Positions 10,699-19,983 of a DNA stretch of 64,000 bases are shown piece after piece (position 1 is the stretch's first letter; every line of letters starts with the position of its first letter). The DNA is from Dakarella massiliensis (GTDB taxonomy: Bacteria > Pseudomonadota > Gammaproteobacteria > Burkholderiales > Burkholderiaceae_F). The translations under genes and the position numbers were made by a program. The notes under the pieces were generated by a model, which ran no database searches, was not told the DNA's origin, and saw only the letters and a program-made list of their open reading frames with translations. The stretch spans positions 356,086 through 420,085 of the forward strand of contig NZ_CVTY01000006.1 of assembly GCF_001182045.1 (NCBI RefSeq). Reading direction: 5' to 3'.

Positions 10699-11463
10699 TC
10701 ACTCTTCGTGATTGTGGTGCTCAAAGCCGCCCGGGTGCGTGTGGCGGTGGGTATGGGTTTCCGGTTTCCCGCAGGCGACGACCTGACCCCCTTCGGGTTT
10801 CGACTCAATCGTCGCGAAGGTGTCCGAGACCTCCATCAGGAAATCCCAGTCGTGCGACACGACGATACGGGGGAGGTTGATGATTTTGAGAACATGGATC
10901 AGCTGTTCGCGCGCTTTTTCGTCCAACCCGGTGGTGGGTTCATCAAGGAGCAGCGCCCGAGGCTTCATCGCGAGCACCGTCGCGATTGAGACGAGCTTCT
11001 TTTCGCCGCCCGAGAGGCGGTCACTCGACCGGTGCGCGAAGGCGGAGAGACCGAGGGTCTCCAGCGTCTCCTCGGCGTCTTTCAGCGCTTCCGCCTGGGA
11101 TCGCCCGAGGTTCAGGGGGCCGAACGACACATCCTCAATCACCTCAGGGAAGAAAAGCTGATCCTCGGCGTTCTGAAGCACGTACCCCACGGCGCAGCGG
11201 AGGCCCCGGAATTCCGCTTCGGTCTTCACCGGCTTCCCCTCAAAACAGACGTCCCCGGATTGCGGCGTGAGGAGCCCCGTGATGAGCTTCAGGAGCGTCG
11301 TCTTCCCGCAGCCGTTCGGTCCATAGAGACCGATTTTTTCGGAGTCCGTGAGTGAGAAGTTGAGATCCCGGAAAACCGGCTTCCCCCGGCCGGCGTTTCC
11401 CATGGCGTCCGGCCACGAGAACGCGAGATTCCGAAGTTCAAAAATAGGGGCAGAGGGAGTCAT
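10699..11463 (-). CDS. cbiO: ECF transporter ATPase (CbiO/NikO-like) with His-rich C-terminal tail
   Basis: Walker A GPNGCGKTT, the LSGGEKK signature and LLLDEPT. The C-terminus is HTHRHTHPGGFEHHNHEE. Confidence 0.85.
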   Translation of the reverse strand: MTPSAPIFELRNLAFSWPDAMGNAGRGKPVFRDLNFSLTDSEKIGLYGPNGCGKTTLLKLITGLLTPQSGDVCFEGKPVKTEAEFRGLRCAVGYVLQNAEDQLFFPEVIEDVSFGPLNLGRSQAEALKDAEETLETLGLSAFAHRSSDRLSGGEKKLVSIATVLAMKPRALLLDEPTTGLDEKAREQLIHVLKIINLPRIVVSHDWDFLMEVSDTFATIESKPEGGQVVACGKPETHTHRHTHPGGFEHHNHEE

Positions 11464-11506
11464 TTGAATATGTGTCCAGGGTTCCTGACAGCCAATTTTT
11501 CTTTTA

Positions 11507-12265
11507 TCAGAACGGCCGCAGGATCATAAGAGACGCGAGAATCGCGATTTCAAGCACCGCGAAGGATATTAATGCAAGGTTCTGACGCGCGTCTGACGTC
11601 CCAGCCCATTCAAGGCACCGGAGGTTCACACCGTCGAACCCCCGGAGCCGCATCGCCTCTCCCGTCCGCTCCGCCCGGTCAAACGCGCGGACGAAGAGCT
11701 GACCCATAAGGGTCGCGTAGACGCGATACGTGAAGAGCGTTGTTTTCGGGGCAAAGCCGCGGAGCCGCGCGGCGTCCCGGAGCCGCTTATATTCCTGCGA
11801 GAACGACTCGATGTAGCGCCCCGTGAAGAGGAGGAGCATCACGAGTTTCGGGGGGAGACCGAGTTTCTGCAGCGCCATCGCGGATTCAGAAAGCGTGAGC
11901 CCGGCGGTGAGCGAAAAGAGCGACGCGATGATCGCGTTGCATTTGAGGGTCACGAGAAGCGAGAGCCGCACCCCCGCGTCCGTCGCCTCAAGCGGACCGA
12001 TCGACCACACCGGCGTTCCCGGCGTCGTGAACGGCGTAAAGACCCAGAGGAAGAGAATGAAGGCATTCGCGGCGAGAAGCCGCTTCTTCAGCTCTTTCCC
12101 GTTCGGGCGGAAGAGCGCGATGAGAACAAGAGACAGCAAAACCGCCGCGACCGCGGCCGGAATACCGGTCGCGAAGGCGACGGAGAAAGAAATCAGCGCA
12201 GCCGCGAGGAACCGGGTTTTCGGATCCGTGTGGCGGACAGAGGAGGCGGGGCCGTCGGTGGTCAT
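11507..12265 (-). CDS. cbiQ: ECF transporter transmembrane T component (CbiQ/NikQ)
   Basis: CbiQ-like membrane protein whose start overlaps the stop of the upstream gene (ATGA). Confidence 0.8.
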   Translation of the reverse strand: MTTDGPASSVRHTDPKTRFLAAALISFSVAFATGIPAAVAAVLLSLVLIALFRPNGKELKKRLLAANAFILFLWVFTPFTTPGTPVWSIGPLEATDAGVRLSLLVTLKCNAIIASLFSLTAGLTLSESAMALQKLGLPPKLVMLLLFTGRYIESFSQEYKRLRDAARLRGFAPKTTLFTYRVYATLMGQLFVRAFDRAERTGEAMRLRGFDGVNLRCLEWAGTSDARQNLALISFAVLEIAILASLMILRPF

Positions 12266-13023
12266 GCGTTCCTGTCCTTCTTACCTTCCGCTTCGCCCTT
12301 TTCCTTACCCTTCTTGTAGCCGAGCGCCGCGGCACCGGCGATACCGAAGATCCAGCCAAGGCCCCCGATCACGTCTTTCGCGGACGGGTTCGGGTTTGAG
12401 AGCTCAGCGATCTTCTGACGCAGCGGCGCGACCTTCTCTTCCACCGCGGACTGGGCGATCAGCGTGATTTCGTCCTTTGTGAGTCCGGGTTCCACCGGGA
12501 CCGTCGCGTTTTCGACCTGCTGAGGGGTCGGTTTGGCGGCCGGGGCGGCAGCCTTTACCGGAGCCTTCGCTTCCGTTTTCGCGGGGACCTTCGCGGGAGC
12601 GGCCTTCGGTTCAGTCTTCAATTCTTGTTTCACCGCGGGTTTGGCGGCGGGCGCGGGCTTCGGAGTCGGCGCGGCCGTCACGGTCTTCGGGAGATCCGAC
12701 GGGGTCATTTCCCAGGTGGCGGCGTGGCCTTCACCCGCAGCGATTGCGACCGTCACGCCTTTTTCCGAGTGGTAGCCCGCGGGGAGCGTGAAGCGCCAGG
12801 TACCGTTATCCGCGGTTTTCCCGGTCGCGAGCACCTTCCCGGTCGCCGTATCGGTGACGGTGAGCTTTCCGCCCTTTACCGGAGTCGAGTCACTGAATTT
12901 CGACTCCACCTGGACGGCGTTCCCTTCACTCCACGCGAAAAGATTCACGCGGTGCGCCGCGGCCGAGAACGACAGGGTAAGGAGGGCGGCGAGGGCGACG
13001 GTGTGCTTCAGAATCGGTTTCAC
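12262..13023 (-). CDS. Secreted Ala/Pro/Lys-rich protein with C-terminal TM anchor; putative NikL-like accessory component of the Ni/Co transporter
   Basis: A signal peptide is followed by AAHRVNLFAW (a mature N-terminal His, as in metal-binding components). The C-terminal helix is VIGGLGWIFGIAGAAALGY. It sits inside the nik/cbi operon. Confidence 0.45.
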   Translation of the reverse strand: MKPILKHTVALAALLTLSFSAAAHRVNLFAWSEGNAVQVESKFSDSTPVKGGKLTVTDTATGKVLATGKTADNGTWRFTLPAGYHSEKGVTVAIAAGEGHAATWEMTPSDLPKTVTAAPTPKPAPAAKPAVKQELKTEPKAAPAKVPAKTEAKAPVKAAAPAAKPTPQQVENATVPVEPGLTKDEITLIAQSAVEEKVAPLRQKIAELSNPNPSAKDVIGGLGWIFGIAGAAALGYKKGKEKGEAEGKKDRNA

Positions 13024-13082
13024 GGCAAAGACCTTTGTAGAAAATAACTAAATCTAAATAAATTCGTTATTCCGTTCTCGCG

Positions 13083-13736
13083 TTACTCAGCGGGCGGAAT
13101 CATATCGGCGAGCTTGAGCCGCGTCGCCTCCGGGAGCAGCGCCGGGCGGACGCGGGCGATGAAGGACACCGCGACCGCGGTCACGATCCCCTCAATCAGC
13201 ATCACGGGAAGGTGAGCGGCGAGGAGCATCAGCGCGGACGCTTTGAAGCCTTCATCCGTAAACGCGAGCGCGAGCGCGGTGAGAATCGCGGCGATCGCGA
13301 CACCGCAGGCACCGGACACGAACCCCGAGACCGCCGCCGCTTTCTTCGCGCCAAGCGGCTTAAGGACGGAGAGGAGGCCGCCGAAGATATACCAGCTGAG
13401 CACGGCTCCGAGCCCCATCGTCGCGGTGTTGACACCGAGCACCGTGAGACCGCCGAAACCGTAGAGAATGGCCTGAAGGAGCAGCCCCACAAAAATCACC
13501 GGGACCGCGCTCCAGCCGAGCAGCACCCCGAGGAGCCCGTTTAAGAGCAAATGCACCGAACTCGGCCCCACCGGGATGTGAATCAGGGAAGCGACAAAGA
13601 ACGCCGCGCCGAGAATCGCCGCCATCATCACCTGCCGGGGATCGAGTTTCTTAAGACCGTACGCCACGGCACCGGCTGCCACGACGGCACCCGTAATGAG
13701 GACAGGGGCGGAAAGTACGCCTTCAGCGATATGCAT
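13083..13736 (-). CDS. cbiM: Substrate-specific component CbiM/NikM of Ni/Co ECF transporter
   Basis: Begins MHIAEGVLS, the hallmark N-terminus of CbiM/NikM, and is a polytopic membrane protein. Confidence 0.9.
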   Translation of the reverse strand: MHIAEGVLSAPVLITGAVVAAGAVAYGLKKLDPRQVMMAAILGAAFFVASLIHIPVGPSSVHLLLNGLLGVLLGWSAVPVIFVGLLLQAILYGFGGLTVLGVNTATMGLGAVLSWYIFGGLLSVLKPLGAKKAAAVSGFVSGACGVAIAAILTALALAFTDEGFKASALMLLAAHLPVMLIEGIVTAVAVSFIARVRPALLPEATRLKLADMIPPAE

Positions 13737-13775
13737 TTCTTCGAGCTTCCCTAATCGGAAAAGGTTTTACGCGCG

Positions 13776-14549
13776 TTACTTCGCGAGCTGAGACGGAACC
13801 TTCGTGAAGTGAGTCCAGAGCACAGCGCCGCGCTCCACGTCCTTCATCTTTCCGTCCTTCGCCATCTTCGGGGCGTCGCCGAGCGCGGCGAATCCCCACC
13901 AGCCGGCAAACGGGGCGGTGAAAGCGAATTCACCGTTCGCGCCGGTCACGGCCTGAAGTGTAATCAGATAATCGTTCGGGAGCTTCGCTTTTGAGCCGTT
14001 CCAGAACTCGATCTCGATTGGCGTCCCTTCAGGCGCGGGCTTCCCATCAAAAAGCACGCGGCCCCGGAATTCGGCTCCGGCCCAGTTCGCGAAAGGACGG
14101 GTGAGCGGCACGATTTCGGCGGGGAGCCCAAGGGGCTTCTCCCAGCCTTCCTCATCCCCCATCGCGCCCACTACGACCTTCGTGTAGTGAACGATGAACT
14201 TATCTTCAGCCGGTTCCCAGTAGGGCTTCGGCGTGAAGGCGAACGTATACGTCCCCGGGCGCGTCACTGTGAAGGTGGACTTCCAGGCCTCGTGCTTCAG
14301 GACCTGGGTTTCCTTGAGGGTATTGAGGAGCGACGTCTTCTCCCCGTTCTGCCACACGTCAAACGCTTCCGGCTTAGCGAGATTCATGCCGTTCTGTTCC
14401 ACCGGGTGGCAGAACGCGAGCGTGAGTTCGAGCGGCGTCTTCGGACGGTTCACGAGTTCCGACCCCGGCATCAGCACACCGAAATGCGCGTAGGCGGGAA
14501 GAGCGGTAAGGGCAATGGCGGCAGCTGTGGCAAGAGCGCGGAGTCGCAT
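13776..14549 (-). CDS. Periplasmic DUF4198-family protein (NikK-like metal-binding component)
   Basis: The signal peptide ends AYA followed by HFGVL, so His is the first residue of the mature protein. It heads the ECF operon, with AAGGAG upstream of the start at MRLRAL. Confidence 0.7.
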   Translation of the reverse strand: MRLRALATAAAIALTALPAYAHFGVLMPGSELVNRPKTPLELTLAFCHPVEQNGMNLAKPEAFDVWQNGEKTSLLNTLKETQVLKHEAWKSTFTVTRPGTYTFAFTPKPYWEPAEDKFIVHYTKVVVGAMGDEEGWEKPLGLPAEIVPLTRPFANWAGAEFRGRVLFDGKPAPEGTPIEIEFWNGSKAKLPNDYLITLQAVTGANGEFAFTAPFAGWWGFAALGDAPKMAKDGKMKDVERGAVLWTHFTKVPSQLAK

Positions 14550-14932
14550 GACGGGAGGTCTCCTTCGTGACGGAAATGAATAAGGAAAAAATGGAGATCC
14601 GGCAGACGGGAATCCATGGAGATCACCATGAAGAAGAGCAAAGGGCGATGGGTCCTGCTGCCGGAACACCGTCGTTATAGCACCGTTTTCATACGATTTC
14701 CAGAAAAGTATTCACTTCGATCCGCGCCGCTTTACCGTATCTGTTTAAAAAACCGCGGGAGGGTTGCCATAAAAGAGGTAGTTTCGGTGTCGGAAAATAT
14801 TTTTGCGCAATAAATTAATATTTTCTGCGAATGAAACGCTATTTTTGATCCGTCTGGCGCATAGAATCTCAATTATCGAAAGGATCGTCAGGGTCCGGAC
14901 TGTCTTTTTTATTCTTTTGAGATTCCCACTTT

Positions 14933-15568
14933 ATGTTTGGCATTGAAAATTACGCCGGGTTCCTCGCGGCCGGGGTGCTCCTCAATATGCTCCCGGGCGT
15001 GGATTCGGTCTATGTATTGACGCGAAGCGCTGCGGAAGGGAAGCGGGTCGGGGTCGCGTCGGTGTTTGGGATCTCGTCAGGCGTCCTCTTCCACACGACG
15101 CTCGTGGCGCTTGGGCTTTCAGCGGTTCTCGCCGCGAGCCCGAAGGCGTTTTTCGCCGTGAAGCTCGCCGGAGCCGCGTACCTTCTCTGGCTCGGGATCA
15201 AAACGTTCCGGGAGAAGGGAAGCATCATCCCGACAGAAAGCGCGGAGCCGAAAAAGACCGGGCTCTGGGGCGCGTACCTGCAGGGGTTCCTCACAAACGC
15301 CCTGAACCCGAAAGTGGCGCTTTTCTTCCTCGCCTTCATGCCGGCCTTTGTGTCCCCCACGAACACCTACGGGCCGCTCCCGTTCCTGCTCCTCGGGCTC
15401 ACGTTCTTCGTGACGGGGACGCTCTGGTGCCTCGTGCTCGTCGCCGCGGGAGCTGCCTTAAAGAAACTCTTGGAGCGGAGCGCCACAGCTGCGCGCCGCA
15501 CCAAAAACGCATCGGCCGCGATTTACTGTCTCCTCGGGCTCAACGTCCTCTTCGCCAGGGCATCCTGA
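14933..15568 (+). CDS. LysE/RhtB-family amino-acid exporter
   Basis: MFGIENYAGFLAAGVLLNMLPGVDSVYV and a size of about 210 aa. Confidence 0.8.
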   Translation: MFGIENYAGFLAAGVLLNMLPGVDSVYVLTRSAAEGKRVGVASVFGISSGVLFHTTLVALGLSAVLAASPKAFFAVKLAGAAYLLWLGIKTFREKGSIIPTESAEPKKTGLWGAYLQGFLTNALNPKVALFFLAFMPAFVSPTNTYGPLPFLLLGLTFFVTGTLWCLVLVAAGAALKKLLERSATAARRTKNASAAIYCLLGLNVLFARAS

Positions 15569-15660
15569 AGCCTATTTCCATCTGCCGAAAAAACAGAGAG
15601 AGTCCGGTTTGTGTGAACGGACTCTCTTTTTCTTTGACCCTTTGACCGTGTGTCGGGGTT

Positions 15661-16107
15661 TCATCGGAGCGCTTTTCGAAGTTCCGCGAGACCGCGGTCC
15701 GAAATAAAGGCGGCGGACCGGGTTTCGTGCCGCGCCCGGCTCCGGATCCGGAAGAACGCCACGGCGTCCCCATTCGGAAGCACCCGGTTGATCGCGTAGG
15801 CAGAGGCAAGCGCCATGTCCTCATTATGCTTCACCGTGCCCCAAAGTCGGATCGGGATGAGGGTGCCGAGCGTCAGTTCCTCATCATCTTTGAACCCAAA
15901 GAGCCGCCGGGTAAAGGCGATGAATTCAGGGGACAGCGCTTCAAAATACGTGTCCCCGAGGACGAGGAGCCGATGCCGGCAGCCGTCCTTCGCCTCTGCC
16001 CCGCAGAACGGGCAGTGGAGCTTGATCAGTTCATACGCCTCTTCATCAAGCTTCATCGGAATGAGGCGCGGATAGTCTTTCAGGTCTTCCATCTCAAGTT
16101 TTTTCAA
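15661..16107 (-). CDS. Hypothetical protein
   Basis: Clean 148-aa ORF with a CPFCG...C motif and no recognised family. Confidence 0.35.
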   Translation of the reverse strand: MKKLEMEDLKDYPRLIPMKLDEEAYELIKLHCPFCGAEAKDGCRHRLLVLGDTYFEALSPEFIAFTRRLFGFKDDEELTLGTLIPIRLWGTVKHNEDMALASAYAINRVLPNGDAVAFFRIRSRARHETRSAAFISDRGLAELRKALR

Positions 16108-16302
16108 TCGGTTTTCAGGCGATTATGCGCCGGAATGGTTCCCGGCCGGCGCTTTTTATCGTTTCCGAGCCTTTCGCGCCGCGTATCCCCGGAACAGCAG
16201 ACAAAAAAATCCCGGAGGCTCTGATGAGCCGCCGGGAGAAGTCCACCCAATAGACTTAAATACAACAAACACAAAAAAAGAAAAGACAAACAACAAAACC
16301 AA

Positions 16303-16941
16303 TCAGAGCGCCGCGAGCTTCCCCGCGAACCCGAGGAACAGACTCCCGAGGAGCGTGTTCCCGACTTTTGACATCAGGGGGCTGCCGCTCACAAAGCGCT
16401 GGATCGCGGCCCCGGAGAGTGCGAGCGTCGACATCCAGCAGATGCTGAACGCTTCAAGGATCGACGCCATCACGAGGTACGAGATCCAGGGGTGTTCAAA
16501 CTCGGGGTTGATGAACTGGGAGAAGAACGCCACGTAGAAGAGGATCGCTTTCGGGTTCGTAAGCGAAAGAACCAGAGCCGTGCGGAAGGGCTTCACGGAA
16601 CTCGGAAGTGTTTCCGGTTTTGCCTGGCCTGCTTTCTTTCCGCGGTACGTGGAAATCAGCACCGAGAGCCCGAGGTAAGCGAGGTACGCCGCGCCCGCGA
16701 TCCGGACCGCCGTGAAGAGAAGCGGGTGGGAGGTAAGCGCCGCCGCGACCCCGAGGTACGCGAGGAAGATGAGGGCGGCGTCCCCGAGGAACACCGCGAG
16801 CGCCGCATGGAACGCGGGCTTCGACCCGTACTGAGTCGAGGTCTTGAAAACGAAAATGGAATTCGGACCCGGCGCGAGGATCAGCGCGAGAGCCCCAAGG
16901 GCGTAGAGCCCGGCATTCATGACACCAAAGCTTTCCAGCAT
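16303..16941 (-). CDS. LysE/RhtB-family exporter (second paralog)
   Basis: YALGALALILAPGPNSIFV motif. The ORF-track start is too long; the start probably lies at MLESFGV or MNAGL. Confidence 0.75.
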   Translation of the reverse strand: MLESFGVMNAGLYALGALALILAPGPNSIFVFKTSTQYGSKPAFHAALAVFLGDAALIFLAYLGVAAALTSHPLLFTAVRIAGAAYLAYLGLSVLISTYRGKKAGQAKPETLPSSVKPFRTALVLSLTNPKAILFYVAFFSQFINPEFEHPWISYLVMASILEAFSICWMSTLALSGAAIQRFVSGSPLMSKVGNTLLGSLFLGFAGKLAAL

Positions 16942-17763
16942 TTCTGTTTCAACCGAAAAAGTGTTTTGTGAAGAGAAAAAACTTTTTGAACCGAGACTCA
17001 GGCGAGCACGAAGCCCATACGCGAGAAACACGCGCGGACGCGAGAGGCATTCAGTCGGGTTGAAACGGCGGAAACTTCAGTGACCGGACGGAAGTGGATC
17101 CGTGACCGGGCGGAATCGCCGCGGCGTAAATACGGGTTGTGTCGTGAGTCATGCCTTCACCTTGGTTCAAGCGAAAACTCTTTAAGTCTGTCCGCAATCC
17201 AGAATGCGTCTTGTCGCGGGACAGCCTTGAAGAGAGGTTGTTCGAAACTAGATGCATGCAGGAGAGCAAAAACGCAGCCCCATTCTGTCTTCCAGTGTTA
17301 CAAACCCGCTCCCCGCGAGAATGGTGGCGGGAAGCAAGCGAGGTGAATTATACAAAAATCAGCCTGATGCGGAAGGCTTAACCCGGCGCTCCCCCCGTAG
17401 ATCAGAAATTCCATTTGCCCTGCGTCAAAAGACCCATTTCCTCTTTACACGCTCAAGGGGCCCCGGTCTCCGGGACACCGGTTTCACAAGGGCTGAGAGA
17501 ATGATCCCTGTGCTGGGGGGAGGGGCGGGAGGTGAGACATTGCCTCATTCAGCGCCTACCTCTGGAACCATTTCCGTGATCGGAAGGGAGAAGATCGCTG
17601 TCCTTCCGGCCGAGTAGAAAAAACCGGCGGACCGACCGAAGAGTCCTCAGAACAGTTTCTTTTTCTCCGGAACCGTATTAGTTTTCCTACTATGTCAGGA
17701 AAGACCTTTCCCATTCCGCTCTCGTCTCTCCGTCCGGAGAGAGCCTCGTTTGAAGGAATATCC

Positions 17764-18747
17764 ATGCGTTTTATGAATCGTTTCGCGAAAGCCGCGGTTT
17801 TTACTGTCTGCGCGTCACTCGTGTCGTCCATGGCCTGGGCGGGAGCTTTTGACCTCCCGTCAGAAGGGAAAATCCTCACCGGGACAGCGCAGCAGACTTA
17901 TATCAATCAACGGATGCATGACCTTCGATCCGGGAAAGTGAAGATCACGTTTTCGGTCACGGACGGCTGGGAAAAGCAGATGCTGAAGGCGGGAAGCGCG
18001 GACCTCGAGCGCTATGACTATCCGGCCGCGAAAACGAATCGCGTGCTCCTGCAGCTCCATGGCGGCGCGTATGTGCAGAAGCTTGATGACCTCTACCGCA
18101 TCACGGCGCTGACACAAGGGAAACTGATCTCTGCCCGGACGGTCTATTCGCTTGACTACCGCGTCGCCCCCAAGGCGGTTTACCCGGCGGCGCTCGAGGA
18201 AGCGCTCGCCGCGTACCGCGGGATTCTGGACACCGGTGCCAAACCGGCTGACATCATCGTGGTCGGCGACTCGGCGGGCGGGAACCTCGCGCTGGAACTC
18301 TCTCTCGCTCTCAAAGAAAAGGGACTCCCGCAGCCCGCGGCGCTGATTCTTCAGTCCCCCTGGACCGACATGGGAACGAGCCGGGCGTCCCGCGTCACGA
18401 ACTTCAAAAAGGATCTGATTCTCGGAGAGGGGACGCCTTTCAGCGGTCCTGTGGTCGAGGCGGCGTACGCGGGGAAACTGCCGGTGGATGATCCGCGGCT
18501 CTCCCCCGTGAACGCCGATCTCCGGGGACTCCCTCCGATGCTGATTCAGGCAGGGGGCTATGAAGTGTTTCTCTCTGAAATCGAGGATTTCGCGAGGAAG
18601 GCCGGGGAATCGGGCGTGCTGACCACGCTCACCGTCTACCCCGGGATGTCGCACGACTTCGCGCTCTGCCTCCCGGAGCTCCAGGAGTCGATCGACTCGA
18701 TGAAGGAAATCCGCGATTTCGTGAATCGGATCGACCGCGCGAAATAA
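17764..18747 (+). CDS. Secreted alpha/beta-hydrolase (HSL/esterase-lipase fold-3 family)
   Basis: HGGAYV oxyanion motif and GDSAGGNLA nucleophile elbow. Signal peptide starting at MRFMNRFAKAAVF. Confidence 0.8.
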   Translation: MRFMNRFAKAAVFTVCASLVSSMAWAGAFDLPSEGKILTGTAQQTYINQRMHDLRSGKVKITFSVTDGWEKQMLKAGSADLERYDYPAAKTNRVLLQLHGGAYVQKLDDLYRITALTQGKLISARTVYSLDYRVAPKAVYPAALEEALAAYRGILDTGAKPADIIVVGDSAGGNLALELSLALKEKGLPQPAALILQSPWTDMGTSRASRVTNFKKDLILGEGTPFSGPVVEAAYAGKLPVDDPRLSPVNADLRGLPPMLIQAGGYEVFLSEIEDFARKAGESGVLTTLTVYPGMSHDFALCLPELQESIDSMKEIRDFVNRIDRAK

Positions 18748-18815
18748 ATCCTGATCCGGAAGACCGAGGGGCGGGAGGTCGGATACCCGCCCCATCCATG
18801 CGTTCTTTTCTGGGG

Positions 18816-19829
18816 TTACTTCTCCCGCCCCAGCTTCCCGGAGACGAGTTCCTTCAGTGTCGATCGGATGATCTGCATCCCGGGGTCGGTGTGTGTCCTG
18901 ACGTGCCACCCCATGTAAACCGTGAGCTTCGGGGCTTTGTCCGTGATCGGGAGGAAATCAAGCTTCCTCCCGTCAAACGCCATTTCCGCGGTCGCTTTCG
19001 GCACGATCGCGTAGCAGTCCGTTTCATAGAGGCAGAGCGGGACCGAGAGGAAGAAAGGCACGACGAGCGCGATTTTTTCCGGATCCGTGGGGTTAAACCA
19101 CCCGTTCGCGGGGCTATTCGGCGCGCGGTAGCGGTCTGGCTGGGCGTTGATCAGCACCTGACGCCAGGGGTCGAGATCCGCCTTATCGAGGCTCCCGAAT
19201 TTCTCAGCTTTTTTCTTTAACGGATGCCCCTTCCGCACAACGCATACATAGGGCTCCGTGACGAGCGGTATGGAACGGAGCTGCGGGTGCAGCCCCTGAC
19301 GCGCGAAGAAAACAAGGTCCAGCCGGTTCGCCCGGAGATCGTCAAACAGGTGTTCGTCCGCCTGTGTCACATGGAAGCGGACGAGCGGCAGGCGCTTCTC
19401 AAACTCCGCGAAAACGGACGCGATCCCAAGCGTAAAAGCGTTGTCGTACGTCGCGAGCCGCACGGTGCGCTTCAGATGCAGCGGATCGATCCGGTCCTCA
19501 TGCTGGAGGTCTTCCAGCGTATTCATGAGCCCGAGGACACGGGCATAGCGCTTCTTCGCGCTTTCAGTCGGCTGCATCAGGAACCCGCTTCGGGTGAAAA
19601 GGGGGTCGTTCCAGTAGGTCCTCAGTTTCGCGAGCATCCGGTTCGCGGACGAGAGGCTCACCCCCATCTGCTCCGCGGCCCGCGGGAGCGACCCCGCGCG
19701 GTAGAGCGTGAGAAAGAAGTAGAGCGACTCCGCGTCGATCCCCCGGACATAGGCGGGGAGGGCTCCGGCAGCAGGGTTCAGATCCGTTTTTTCCGCGTCC
19801 TTTTTCTTCAGTACCGTTTTTTCTGACAT
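18816..19829 (-). CDS. LysR-family transcriptional regulator
   Basis: HTH region LYFFLTLYRAGSLPRAAEQMGVSLSSANRMLAKLR. It is divergent from the flavoprotein gene. Confidence 0.85.
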   Translation of the reverse strand: MSEKTVLKKKDAEKTDLNPAAGALPAYVRGIDAESLYFFLTLYRAGSLPRAAEQMGVSLSSANRMLAKLRTYWNDPLFTRSGFLMQPTESAKKRYARVLGLMNTLEDLQHEDRIDPLHLKRTVRLATYDNAFTLGIASVFAEFEKRLPLVRFHVTQADEHLFDDLRANRLDLVFFARQGLHPQLRSIPLVTEPYVCVVRKGHPLKKKAEKFGSLDKADLDPWRQVLINAQPDRYRAPNSPANGWFNPTDPEKIALVVPFFLSVPLCLYETDCYAIVPKATAEMAFDGRKLDFLPITDKAPKLTVYMGWHVRTHTDPGMQIIRSTLKELVSGKLGREK

Positions 19830-19983
19830 GGAGTCACTTCGATTTCTGACATTGAGAAGAGAAGATTAACGGATTTTCAGAGAGGGAGCCGATCCCTAGA
19901 ATTTTTTCCGAACCATAGAAAAGGCCGGGGCGGATGAGAGGAAACGCCCCGCTGCCTCAGGCAACCAAAGGAGAAAGGAAGAA

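Noticed and set aside
10699-11463. The His-rich CbiO tail as read-through past a missed stop
   Set aside because: The frame is continuous with the ABC domain and ends at a normal stop 40 bp before the next feature, so I kept it as a genuine C-terminal extension. It is noted in the findings.
14670-14930. NikR operator or B12 riboswitch upstream of the Ni/Co transporter operon
   Set aside because: Only a partial TCATAC / GTATTC dyad is present, which does not match the GTATGA-N16-TCATAC consensus. No B12 box (GCCACTG) was found.
17040-17690. A 650-bp gap between the LysE gene and the esterase gene as a possible sRNA or riboswitch
   Set aside because: It contains a hairpin (CCGGAAGG...CCTTCCGG) but no T-run and no recognisable riboswitch core. 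Sequence alone is not enough to call a feature.
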